64,000 bases of DNA, from NCBI GenBank assembly GCA_051362555.1, contig CM120648.1:3406587-3470586 (forward strand), written 5' to 3'. Under the pieces are notes generated by a model that worked only from the letters and a program-made list of their open reading frames with translations, was not told where the DNA came from and ran no database searches. Shown piece by piece: positions 34,832-47,100 of the stretch. The position numbers were made by a program, and so were the translations under genes. Position 1 is the first letter of the stretch. Each line of letters begins with the position of its first letter. This DNA comes from Lingula anatina. Lineage: Eukaryota; Animalia; Brachiopoda.

Positions 34832-36822
34832 GTGGGTAGGGCTCGATTGTCTGCCTAAAGTTGTTAAAATATAGATTTGCATTGCTGGTTGTTTTAATTT
34901 TTCCATTTAATGCTTTTTTTTAAATAAAATGTAATCTTAAAAATAGATGATTGATGGTATAATGTAACGCCTGACAGTAGAACTTCTATTAATTAACAAA
35001 GGGTTTTTCGTAGTTCAAACCAAAGCATGAACGCCAGCAACTAATTATGTTTTTTTTTTTTCAAAATTAAAACTATGCAGTCGCAATATTTTAAATAGTT
35101 ATATTTGGTAAATATCCCATTTGCAAGTCATGGTTCATTTAGCAAAGTTGCTTGCAAGAATCTGAAACACGGTGTAAAAACGATACCCTTGCCTACCAAT
35201 TAAAAGAAGTAAACCATACAAGATATCGACATTTTGTTTCCAGACCTCCAGTTGTCCCACCTGGCTGTCATAGCAACGGGTACCGCCAGTCTCTTCCTCT
35301 CCCTCATCCCGCAAATATTTGATTTCGACTATAAAGAAACCGGATGGTCACACGTTCGTAATACGGCAACACTAATCACCTGGGCCGTGGTGATGGGATT
35401 GGCTCTGTTAGAGCTGTGCGTTGCGTTCACATTCATGGAGAAGGAGATAAACAGGATAGGGGTATGTATATGGTTTAAAAACCAGGGCTGAGAAAAATGT
35501 TTGGGGTGTGGATGATGTGGGGGTGAGGGTGGGGGCGGGGTGGGGTGTGGGTTAGGGTGAGGATGGGGGTGGGGGGTGGTGAGGATGATGGTGCGGTGGG
35601 TAGAGGTGAAGGTTGGGGTGGGAGCAGGGGTGGAGGTGGAGGGGAGGGTGAGGGTGGTGATTGGGGTGAGGGCAGCTGTTGCCCACAGTGCAACAAGCAG
35701 GTTAATTTTACTATTTCTGCCACCTGTGGTATTCACAAGACGCTGACTGAAGGAAAAGTGAGAGATATTTGATAACAGAAAAGAGAAAAATTATCACTTT
35801 ATGAACCTCCCTCCCAATTTTTTTTTGTAAAAATTATTCCCAGTACCTGTATCTCATTTGGTTGCAGACCACTATCATTAATAAAGGTGACTGAATAGGT
35901 TACGACAATGAATAAGGTCAAATTTTAAGTCCAGGGCGACAAATCTATAATAGCGCTCTTGACACGTACAACTCAAACGGCACATGTTGTTATATGCCTT
36001 GAATCAAAATTGTTCTTTCTTTTCAGGTTCTTGTCAAAGTCCATTTTGCATGGATGATGTTCTTTCTTGCGATATTCGTAGTACTTTTCTTTTGGTCCAA
36101 TTTCGTGCCTAGTGTTGGGAAGGTAGGTGCCGAGTACGCTTCAATACGAATCAGTGCGCATTAATATTATAGCAGTGTTGCTGTAACAATGTTTCGGAGA
36201 GGGTGTTTAAGATTGGGATGTCAGTGAGAATTGTTTATATACTTTCTGGGGATTGTTGACTCAATTAGAATTGTTGATATAATTAATGAAAAGTTTTCCC
36301 TCCATTGAAGTTTATAAAGGTGTATTGTATTTTTCTTGATATTAAACGAATCCCTGTCGATTAATATTGAATATCACTTTTATCCTAGGATTTGATCTTT
36401 AATAAATGTAAACAGCAAACATAAATGACTTGGTATCCTTTTAGACCTCCTCTTCAAGCGAATTCTACGATGACATGATCCGCAGTGCAAAATGTTCGTA
36501 CAGCCTTGGTCATGAATCAACCCTCCTTGGGACGTGGATCGTCGTGGTCACCTTCCTCCTATCGGGATATTTATTCAGCTCCATGATGCAGTTCGGCCAA
36601 AGTGGTGCCACCTATGGAGTAATGGTGCAGTTAGTCGGTATACCTTTATATGGTATATGGTGGGAATTATTCAAGTATCCCCCGCTGACATGGGAGCCAG
36701 AATATTCGTGGTCAATTATATTTTATGCTTTAGGCTTGTTAGGACAATTAATCGCCATGGTTCTCTATAGAGTGTATGATAAAGTTGATGGCCCCAATAC
36801 AGCACCCATGAGACTTCAGTAG
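34303..36822 (+). CDS. CRT-like (chloroquine resistance transporter-like, DMT superfamily) multi-pass membrane protein, 4 exons, ~406 aa
   Basis: Exons 34303-34831, 35244-35461, 36027-36122, 36445-36822 with phases 1,0,0 and a continuous frame. About 10 hydrophobic segments. Motifs recalled from animal crt-homologs: LFLSLIPQIF, FFWSNFVPSVG, GATYGVMVQLVGIPLYGIWWELF, WEP. The gene model is firmer than the family call. Confidence 0.75.
35244..35461 (+). CDS. CRT-like exon 2
   Basis: ttccag|ACCTC...ATAGGG|gtatgt; two TM segments. Confidence 0.82.
35503..35672 (+). repeat. G-rich low-complexity tract with G-quadruplex potential in CRT-like intron 2
   Basis: Many GGG/GGGG runs separated by short T/A spacers. 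Confidence 0.75.
36027..36122 (+). CDS. CRT-like exon 3
   Basis: tttcag|GTTCTT...GGGAAG|gtaggt; VLVKVHFAWMMFFLAIFVVLFFWSNFVPSVGK. Confidence 0.82.
36445..36822 (+). CDS. CRT-like exon 4
   Basis: ttttag|ACCTCC, in frame with ORF 36475-36822; three TM segments. Confidence 0.84.
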   Translation, partial: TSSSSEFYDDMIRSAKCSYSLGHESTLLGTWIVVVTFLLSGYLFSSMMQFGQSGATYGVMVQLVGIPLYGIWWELFKYPPLTWEPEYSWSIIFYALGLLGQLIAMVLYRVYDKVDGPNTAPMRLQ

Positions 36823-37517
36823 CTACACCCCTGTGTATGGTGAAGTGCTTTGGCAATACTTTTAGGTTTTTAAAATGTATACATCGGCCATTTTTGCCAA
36901 CATTGATTATCATACTGGCACGCGCGTTGTCTGCTTTGCTAAAAATTAAAGAAAACGTATTTAATGTGCCAGTTGCATTAAAAAATAAGAATTCTCTTTA
37001 ATACCATAATTAGGCCGGGTCAATTATTCCAAAGAATGCATTATATACATGTACATACACCTACTTATTGTAAATTCAATTTCCGGAAAGTTCATAATTT
37101 TTGACGGCCATGTTCGTTTATTATTCCCTGCGTTCCCCATACAGATGAGAATGCGTACTACTACATGTTTAAACCTAACAAACACTAACCTTGACGAAAA
37201 TATTTTGAAAAGTGCGAGTGTTTAGCAAATAGTGTTATGAAAGAAAACGAAAAAAAAGTGCCTTGTGTTTTGTGTTTTCCCTTTTATCGGAGGAAATTTA
37301 AATGACAAAATATGCTTGTTATGCAAAAGGTACATGTATAATGTTGCAGATTACACGCATCAGTGTTGCTTTCTCCGTGATGATAACAAAGACTGCCCTG
37401 TCGTTATGACGACAAAGCATCTACAACTGCAATACTGTACGCCAATATCTGTTTTCTTTGTCATCTTCTGTTGTGAGCAACTTTTCTCTTTTCTCAATTT
37501 CATCTTGTCTTAAGCAA

Positions 37518-37559
<42 letters not shown>

Positions 37560-37821
37560 CACTCTGTCAGTGCATGTGTTAAATTCATATTCTGAAGGCC
37601 AACGGTTATTTAACTGTTAAACTACCGCAAACCAAACGTAATTGACGAGATACCCTATACCAGTAGATTATCAGCACGCACTAGCAATGTGTTACCACGG
37701 CAACATGGTTCATAGCTCATAAGAAACCCATCATCTATGCCGTCCACTGACATATAGTTATTAACTTTGATTAGCTACAGCAAACCAGTGACATATAGCA
37801 TATTTACAATACGACACCATG

Positions 37822-37865
<44 letters not shown>

Positions 37866-38007
37866 CTTTAGGAAATCTGGAACCATACGGCAGAGATTGC
37901 ATAGGTACTGGTAGAACTGAAAAAGAAAGCGACGCAGGAACCAACGGGAAGGTAGTTAATAAATTATATGGCACTTTGGGTTAATGAATGAATTGACTGC
38001 CCTAGTA

Positions 38008-38478
38008 GAAAAGTCTCAAGGAAGAGCTCTTAAGATAATTTATCCTGATCTTGAATATGATGCTGCTTGTTAACATAGTAAACTTGAACTACTGAGTGAA
38101 AGACGGCTCGATGCATGCAAAAAATTGCTTATTAGGATATCAAATGAACCGGATCATAGATTGCATTATTTTTTACAACCAAAAGAAAATGTCAAATATT
38201 CATTAAGGGAACAGGAGACATTAAAAAGACCTTAAATTAAGGCCAAACGATCAATGAACGACTTTTTTAATAAGTGCGATATACAAGTTTCAAAAGTAAC
38301 TGATAGACTTTTATTTCATTTTTTAACCTTGCATTTTAGTTATTTTGTTTTAAATTTGTTTACATGTCTTTTAATATTCCTTTATTCTTATTCACTAGTG
38401 GTTTTATTCAACTATGATGCAATAATTGTAATTATCCAACCCTCGGGTTGCAAGTTTGGTAATAAAAATAATAAATAA
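38008..38478 (+). mobile_element. Degenerate L2/Crack-group LINE 3' fragment
   Basis: Reads EKSQGRALKIIYPDLEYDAAC*HSKLELLSERR...DHRLHYFL...YSLR with two stops; 3' stem-loop CAACCCTCGGGTTG and an AATAA-type tail. Confidence 0.7.
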
Positions 38479-39388
38479 TTTGTAATTATAAAAGAGTTGT
38501 GCTTTCTACCTCGCTTAACAGCAAACGATAAAGACAGCAACTTCGTCACATGGAGATCGTCTTTAAGATGCCGTTGTATATCTGTTTATATTCTATCAAC
38601 TAACTAGCTAGGTGGCAAAAACGAACTGTCTTGTTTTAATGTCAATTTTTTCTATTCTTTTTAATTTTCACCGAGTAAGAAATTTGTTTTGCTAAATTAG
38701 CATTATTTTCTCGCTTGCTTGTTTATCACAGAGAACCCCCCCCCCCCCCCCCCCATTTAATGATCTCTGCTATAACTGTCGAGTCGTCTTTTGTGCGTTG
38801 GAAGTATTATCGTATATAGCGTTTCATGCAACCAATAACGACGCTCAGTCATTTACTGTTCTTTCATGGCAATTTCGCATGTGACAGTTTGTCTGAAAAC
38901 GTGCTATTATATAAAATGGGCAACTGTGAGTTATCTTAGAAACTTTTAAATTAAATCACAAATACCAGACAGTACAAAAAATAAAGGAATCACAACACAC
39001 TCACTCACTCTTAGAGGAAATATGTCATAAAACTTACTGTAGATATAATGTAATAAGATACTGTTATAGTCAAAAATTGTGAGATTAGGCGGGCACGCCA
39101 AAGGTGTATACTTCCTGCAATTACTATAAAACAGATCAAACCAAACCTGAACATTTTCTAGACTAGTCTGGTGTCATGTCCATGCAATCATTAATTTTAA
39201 ACCGATATTGCCGCATTCTCTTGAATTTTGCAAACAGACAGATGAATATTACAAGAAGTTTTAATTTAATTGAATTTTGCTTACCCACCTGAATTTACTT
39301 ATCTAAAAAAGTGTTTGGTAGTAGTCTAGAGCACGGATGTTGACGCAGATAACACACACACACTCACGCACACACACACACACACATG

Positions 39389-39423
<35 letters not shown>

Positions 39424-39621
39424 GGCACACACAAAGACGCACGCGCACTCACAATACTCGGTGGACTTCATAACACGTTGTCAATGACATGATACTTGAG
39501 AGCACTCGATCGATACTGTGGCAATATATATAGAACGAAACGTGGGTTTGTCTCAATAAGAGAACGGCGATGTTCCACGTCGCACACTAAGTATCAAAAC
39601 GTTGAGACAACGGCGCTCGCG

Positions 39622-40284
39622 ATGGTGGGTCCTCTGGGCCCATTCCTGGTCGCTTTTCTCCTCTTTCATACCAGTTATGGGGAAGAAACAATGGACTTTT
39701 TTTCGAATAGAGAGCATAAAGGAGAATGGCCAGTAGAACTGCAAGGATCTCGCTCACCGCCCAAGAAAATAGAAAAGGGGGATTGGCGTTCGATAGAACA
39801 CAAAGGCACTGGATTGGAACAAATCGAACCTTCTACTGGACAAGAAAAACCAGGCACACGACAGGGACCAGATGTGATAGCAAAAGTATCAGAGTTGTGG
39901 TTTGACAAAGAGGAAGAAAACAGAGTTCGACCTAATGAAAGCAAGATCCCACAAATAGGGGAGACAGAGACTGACAATGCGCCTGAAATGAATATGTTGG
40001 TAAAACAACTCGAGACTTTCGAAGACATTTGGAAACGCAAGGACCACCAACTGCCTTTCTTCTTGCTTAGTTTTGGTCCGCAACTGCCTGCCCGTCCCAC
40101 GCCATTACAAACTGAACCAAAGCTTTTCGAGAACGGCTCTGGCGGAAGACTTTCAGAGACGAAAGGACAGGCAGATTCCCCACCTAATATAGCTGAGGTG
40201 TCTGAAAACGATGTGACTCCCGTGAAAAACCGCTTCCCAAGGCCGTCTGTAATCCCTCGACGCAGACTAACCCGAGAGGCTCAG
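39622..40284 (+). CDS. GPCR exon 1: signal peptide and hydrophilic prodomain ending RRRLTREAQ
   Basis: gcgATGG start, hydrophobic leader, donor GCTCAG|gtaggg in phase 0, matching the next exon. Confidence 0.72.
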
Positions 40285-41097
40285 GTAGGGCTCATTAGGG
40301 GTCATCCTTTTCTATCATCATTTTAAACATACGCTGGGATGGGGAGGGGGGGGGGGTAATGTCCTTTGTACGCTTTTGGAAAAATTATAAAAATGATTAT
40401 CCAAATTGCTGTCGAATTTACCATTAAAGGTCCTCGTTTTCAGCTTTTCACCTTTTACTTTCTGTAGGAGTGGGGTCTGAAAAAAGTCTATTCTTTGTAG
40501 ATTTGAAAAAAAAAATGATATTGAAAATGGATGCTCCTAAGTAAGAAGTTAGATTGATGATTCCACCAATAAAGGAAGGGAGAAAGAAAGAATAGGCTGA
40601 GCGAATATTGATATTTTTTAAATTTAAAATATTTAGGTGGTGCAGTTAAAATTGAAATTGAAATTCAACTCACATTGAATGGAAATCATTTAGGTACATT
40701 ATACATTGATTCATGATCAAGATAATATAACATACATATACAAAGCACCTCGTCCGTCGTTGAATGCCTAAATAATAATCCTACCAGGCTACACGGATTA
40801 AATGCTTGACTCAAAGCATCAAGCTTATCTAGTATTTGGAACAATAACATCCGGCGATTAAAGATTGATACTTTGAAAAGTAATTTTGAAGAGAGTAACG
40901 AGTGCGCACTGTCATGTACATTGTTGATAGTGAGGACAATTATCGCAAAGATTATCAGATTAAGTTTCGTTCAAAGAGACAAACGTACTTAAAATCTAAA
41001 AGGAAGAGGTTTGCTTGTAAGTTTATTTCAATAACATTAAATGATTTTAACTCATCTTGTTTTTATCATGGACCCAACAAAAATATTTAAATATTGG

Positions 41098-41155
<58 letters not shown>

Positions 41156-44100
41156 AAATATCTGCCATGTGCAAGAAGCATGTACAAAAAAGCAGCCTTG
41201 GCCATACATGCATTTTGAATAACACTTCTAGTAGAATGTTAAGTATACGTCGCCGGCCAGACTGAAATCCAGTCAGATGCTTATTTGGCCTTTGCCTAAT
41301 TAAAAAATTCAATTATTCCCAAACCAAACTAAAATCTGAACAGGTAAGGTTGACATGTCAATAAGGCAAAGGAAATATTTCGGGAATATCATGTTATAAA
41401 TAGTAAAATACATTATATGCTGTGTTTTTGTCTTTTGATGATCACGAGCAAAGACAGGATTATTATAGGAACCGTAGCGTTTAATTAATCATAATCCTAG
41501 TTTTCATGCCTTTTTGAAACATCTTGAAAATAATCTAAATGATTTAGTAAAATCAGTCAGAATTGATCCATGTCTTGTTGTTCATTTGATTAGACACTCG
41601 ACTTTGTAAACACCGTTGCAGCAGCGTCGTCAGCCTTTCAGAGCCTTTAAGTCCCTCGCCCCTTAAGATGGCGCGCGCCTCTCGTAACACTTGTCTCGAG
41701 AGACTAGATAATATCCTAACTTTATGGATAATATTTCAATAAGGCATTTTTATACAGCGAAAAAAGCACACGAAATTGTGTGGAAAAAAGCAAAGCAAAC
41801 AACAAAGAGATGGTTTGAAAAGTTTTATATTTGATATCCTTTTTATGTGTTTTGTTGATAAGTAATAATTATTGATAAACTTTTATGAATTTTTAATGCA
41901 GTAGTACAGTTTCAGTCTCTCATAACCCTTAGTAGGGTGGGTTTTATTTTTTGAAACGTGAGACGTAAATAAAATTATTATTATTATGTAAGGTAGAGCT
42001 GGATATAAGTAGGACAGGTGGTGGGTAAGGACTGAGAACCACGACCCGTGTTGCTTACTTCTTATCGATCTGTGAATATAAAATCGAACCTTACAAGCTC
42101 TTCTCCATACTTTCAAGCGCTTGTGTTTTGATTTTTTGACGTTCATGGTTTTGGAGATTCCAAATTGACGGAGTGGAGAGGATTAAGCGGTTTGAGTGGT
42201 ATTTACTGTTTAATACTAAAATGAAAATGAGTACAAAGCAAGTCATTTTTTTAAAAGGAAAGTGTCCGTAAAAAGCCGAAAATTATTTGCGAAAATATGC
42301 TCCTACTTTTCCCTTCATCTGATATATACTGCCGCAGTTGAGCAAGACTGCAATTGTTTGTCTTCTTTGTCTGAGACTTGCGGTCAATTGGAAATATGAT
42401 TTCTATCGAGAGCATGTACATTTAGATACTTGAGAAGCATTTATGTGTACGCGTGACATTTACGGAAGCTGTCAAACACAGCAGGCTCATTAAAGCAACA
42501 TGATTGCTGCCTGTTTGACACGCAATTCTCGCACACGCAATGCAAAAATCCAACTTAATTGACTGATATAATTATATAGAAAAACTTATTGAATCAATAT
42601 CCACTGTAATTGATGTAACGCCTGTAAACCAAACAGTTAGGTTAATCGTGAAAGATATTGAAAAGTTTTCAATCCCTCTGTTGTATAGAATACATACATG
42701 TAATGTGACATTCGTGTGGGGAAGAGGCTTTATGCCATATGTTCTGATCACTTCTTCAACCAAACATGCAGTGCTTGTTATCTTACGGCGACTATTCAAA
42801 TAAACGCGGAACACCCTTTAAATTGCGTATGTCCCGTAGCCAGTTAGGGCGAGTTGCCATTGAAACTGTCGGTCTATACGGAGATCGCTCCAACTCCGCA
42901 TTGACTCTCGCCGAATGCAAACAGCTTAATTGAATGACATGCCTCCTCGGGCAGCAAGAGTTGATTAACCATCATGTGCACTTGGCTTCTGTAAGATGTT
43001 TCAATTCGTTTTGAGTGTGATCGAACGCACAAGGAAGTTAATCACCTCCTAGCTGCTCGGAAGGCGTGCCTTTCAAATAATATGGTTGCATTCAGCGCGG
43101 AGTCGGATAGATTGACGTGGAACGAAGGTTTTAATGGGAACGCCCCCTTAGACTGAGATCGCCAATTGACCACATTTTTCTTTAAAAATGAAATGAATAA
43201 ATAAGAAAACTAGATATTAGAACACGTTTACGGAAATTAGTGTAGAAATTTACTTTTATCTGGCATCTGTCAGTAGGTCAAGTGAGAAAAAAATAGCTAG
43301 AGCCTAGCTAATATTTGCTACGTGTCGCGTGCAATAAATTTGTATTCGATTTTCTGTGCGATTTTTCCTTTACATCCTAAATGGATACGGGATGCGGCGA
43401 TGGTGTTTACATTATTCACGGTTGCTGTGCCGTTTCGCCAGCATGACCTTGAGGTTAGGTAAGAAATAAAAATAGGGATTTCGGTTGCAAAGAGATTATA
43501 CAAAGCCCCCTAAAGTCGCAGTTGCGTCACACCCTCCTTGCGGCTTCCTCTTTGAGCGAAACGTCGTCGGTGCAGCCCCTTATGTTTTTCAGTATTAATT
43601 CGGTCAGAATAAGAAAACACACAACTTCAAATTCATAGATTTAATTAAAACATCTTCACTAAAATAAATAACTTACTTTAATCTTCCAGCACAGCCATCA
43701 GGAAAAAAATCGTTGTCACATCTTCTGACAACGAAATCAGACGTGTTTTGTGAAGTCAAACATGCACAAACATAAAGGTGTAACACGCACTTGTGGGTGA
43801 TATAATGTGTATGTAAGCAGAGGGTCAAAGTGACCCGTAGCTCTCTGGCCTATAAAAAAGAGCTCGAGTGTAGATGCGGTAATATTCACGGCGGCATCAC
43901 GGCCTGAACCATAAGTTAATCAATGCAGCTCGGGGCAATCTCGACATTTGACATTTCATGGGTCACCTTGACAATCTATCTAGAATGATACGTCAACATT
44001 TTACAATGCCTCTGTCGGCAAAAAGGAAAAAAAAAAACAATGATTTCTTGTTTTCAACAAAATTTTAAATAAATAAATTGTAAAACAACAAGTTTTTGAC

Positions 44101-47100
44101 GAAGATGGTGTGAAATAAATACAAACTATTTACAGTGCATGTTCCATGTTACATACATATTCATGCGTTTTTTTTTGAAAATCACAGGCCTGTGAGAGAA
44201 AGGCTGTTACAAATAGACTTCAATCAAATCCAACTTTTAAAGCAATGCCCATATGCAGGTCCCTGTATTATGTAATTACAGAAAAGTCTTAAAAATACTG
44301 CTTGCGTTGCATAATGCATACTGGAGCTCACACTGCTCTTTCTGGTCTTTATAAGACCACACAGAGAGTCTATCACTTGATATACACAGACATTTTTCTC
44401 TGGTTCATTTCTGCTCTGTAGGCGTTATTCCCTGTCACGTGTTCACTGCCAACTGTTTGGGCCAATCAAAAGTAATCTGGTTAAGTGGGCGTGGCGAGCG
44501 TGGGTCCTCCGTTTAGATGACTGTCTGAACGCGCTGTCACACCGTGTGTATAGCACCACCGCATAAAAAAAAATTACCTAAACGCAGACAAATGCAAAGG
44601 GTTCGTAGGAATTATGCCTAGTACGCAGGCAAACGTTGGTGTACGTTTGCAAACCCGGAGAAAGAGATACAGTAGTATATTTTGGGCATGTTCAAAAACA
44701 ATTTCATACTCTGCTTGTGTCTTCGTTTTAATACGTTAGGAACAGGGTGATTTCATACGCTCAAAGTTGTGCGTATAATCGATGGCACATACCATATTCA
44801 CACGTAGCTCTTTACGGTAAGTGTAACAGAGCATTTAAACTCCCACGCCTAGTGTAAAGAGGCTTGTATGAGTCTGGTATGTGCCATCGATTATACGCAA
44901 ATCTTAGCAAACTATACTTGGACCTTGAGTTCCCCTTCTATATCTTATTTTTCATCCCTCGGACTTGCTAGCAAAAATGTTAAATTTAAAAAAAATTAAG
45001 AGTCACACAAAGGGCTTTACGAAGCTTTATTGTTATTCCAGATTATTATCATCTTAGTGATATCGAGCACAGATATTTATTGAAGTAAATTGTATCATTT
45101 TATGCTCTTAAAGTTTTATTAGCATAAATAGCATCCAGTGCATTCTTGATAGCATGGAGTATAGTAAGAGGAAAAATGAAGCACGAAATTAAATCATTCA
45201 CCCGGAGTTGTTTAATATATATATATAAAAGAACTTTGTGCAGTTTTTGCTTCCGTGATGAAATCTCCGGAGCGTTCATTTTGCACATTAGCATAAGTTG
45301 ATTACAAAGTGAGTAAACTAGTGAGAAGGCGACCCAAAATCCACTAAGCCCCAACATGCATATCCTTTTTGATTATTTATTCTGATCCGAAAATTGGAAA
45401 TCATATTATGCATGTTCTGAGCTGAAATGCTCTGTTTGTTGCAGGACTCCAACGGGGAACCTAGTCTTCACGGCCCTTCGCCTCACAATCAGACCCAAAG
45501 CTCAGTTTCCACAGAATTAGAACACCGCAATCGCACAATCGGTCATAATCAAACCATCGAAGCCGGGGATGTAAACACCATTCCAGACTCTCCCCAGCCT
45601 CTCGTCACAAGAAGCAGCGCCGAAAACACTGAAAGTGTTCCAACCAAACCTCCGTGCACCTCAGGCGGCTCCGTCAGCAATGGTACCATAGCTACAAACA
45701 CCTCTGCCGCCACCGGGGACCTCGCCAGCATCACAACTGGCGAGCCTCAATGTGCCGTGACCGTTGACGCGAGCGCACATGATCTTACGTCTGCATCGAC
45801 CCACTACAGCATAGGACAACACATCGAGCAACTTATTCGTGCCCCGGGCGACAAGTGCATCGAAGTAGTGAATGGCCAGACAGGTGCTTCAAAATTCAAA
45901 GTTGAGACATCGTGTAGCTGTGACGTCAACTGTGGCATATTTGGTGACTGTTGTTTAGACTTCAGTCGAACCTGTAACGGAACCAAGACTCTCAGAAATT
46001 TCGTCGTCACGGGCCCGGAGGTGCCGCACACCACCTGCTTTAACCCATCCTTTGACGCCAAGTCTGACAGAACCGATTTTTACCTCATGGTCACTTCCTG
46101 TCCTTTCATGAATCACAACGTGCTTTGTGATCCCACAATCACCGATTCTGACGAGGTTATCCGTGACCCCACGGTCTTTCTTCCTGTCCATGATGTCAGA
46201 TCCGGCATCACTTTCAGAAACCAGTACTGCGCACGCTGTCACAACGTTACATCGTTTGAGCCCTGGCATTTCGAAGTCAAATGCACCTTCGACGATGAAA
46301 ACTACATCATTCAAGACATCATGGAGGTGTTCGGCCTATCAAGTCAGCACTTCGGCGCAGACTCACAAATTCCTCCCATCCCCTTCTCAGACACGATAGC
46401 CAAGGTAGTGAAGTCACCGAATTGTTTTATGTTCCCTCATAACGCCAACGATACCAGGCGGCGGCGTTGCGATCCGGAAGGAGCTGGCGGAAGTCCACTG
46501 ACGGTCCCCTCCTTCACGTGTCCCGAGGTGTTGGAATCTGGTGACGCTGCAGCAGAGCAAAGACGTGGCGGTTCGAACCAGGGGTGTGAGTCGTACCATA
46601 ATCCCACTAAGATCTCTTTGGAAGATGGCGCCGAGACGGAGAGTTTCTACGTTAGAAATACCCACTGTCTGTTTTGTCCAAGTCCGAACATAGGGGTGAA
46701 AGTTTGTTCTAAGAGAGGTGAGTAGTACCCATGTCCTTCTAAGATATTGGATAGGTGCCTTAATCATATCAAACCATATCAAATAGCCACTGCCAGAAAA
46801 AAAGGGGCTAGACATTAAATATAAACATTTCGTAGGGAATTCTATCTAAACCCCTGTCCCAAGCAGTAGTTCATAAGAAAGTATACATGTAGTAAAGAAA
46901 TCATAGTTTATAACCATTCATCCATATGCCAGTTTGTGCCATTGACTTGTCTGTATATTTAGCACAAGTTACGTCCAGGCGTGGCTTGTCGCGTGTATTG
47001 ATATACAGTTATCACCTGGGATGACCATAGAAATAGCACACCGCTTAAAAGACGATGTAAACTTCATATACCGGTAGATGAGTTGAATCGAAGATGATTT

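Noticed and set aside
35329-35772. Pro-rich and Gly-rich ORFs
   Set aside because: By-products of the intronic G-tract.
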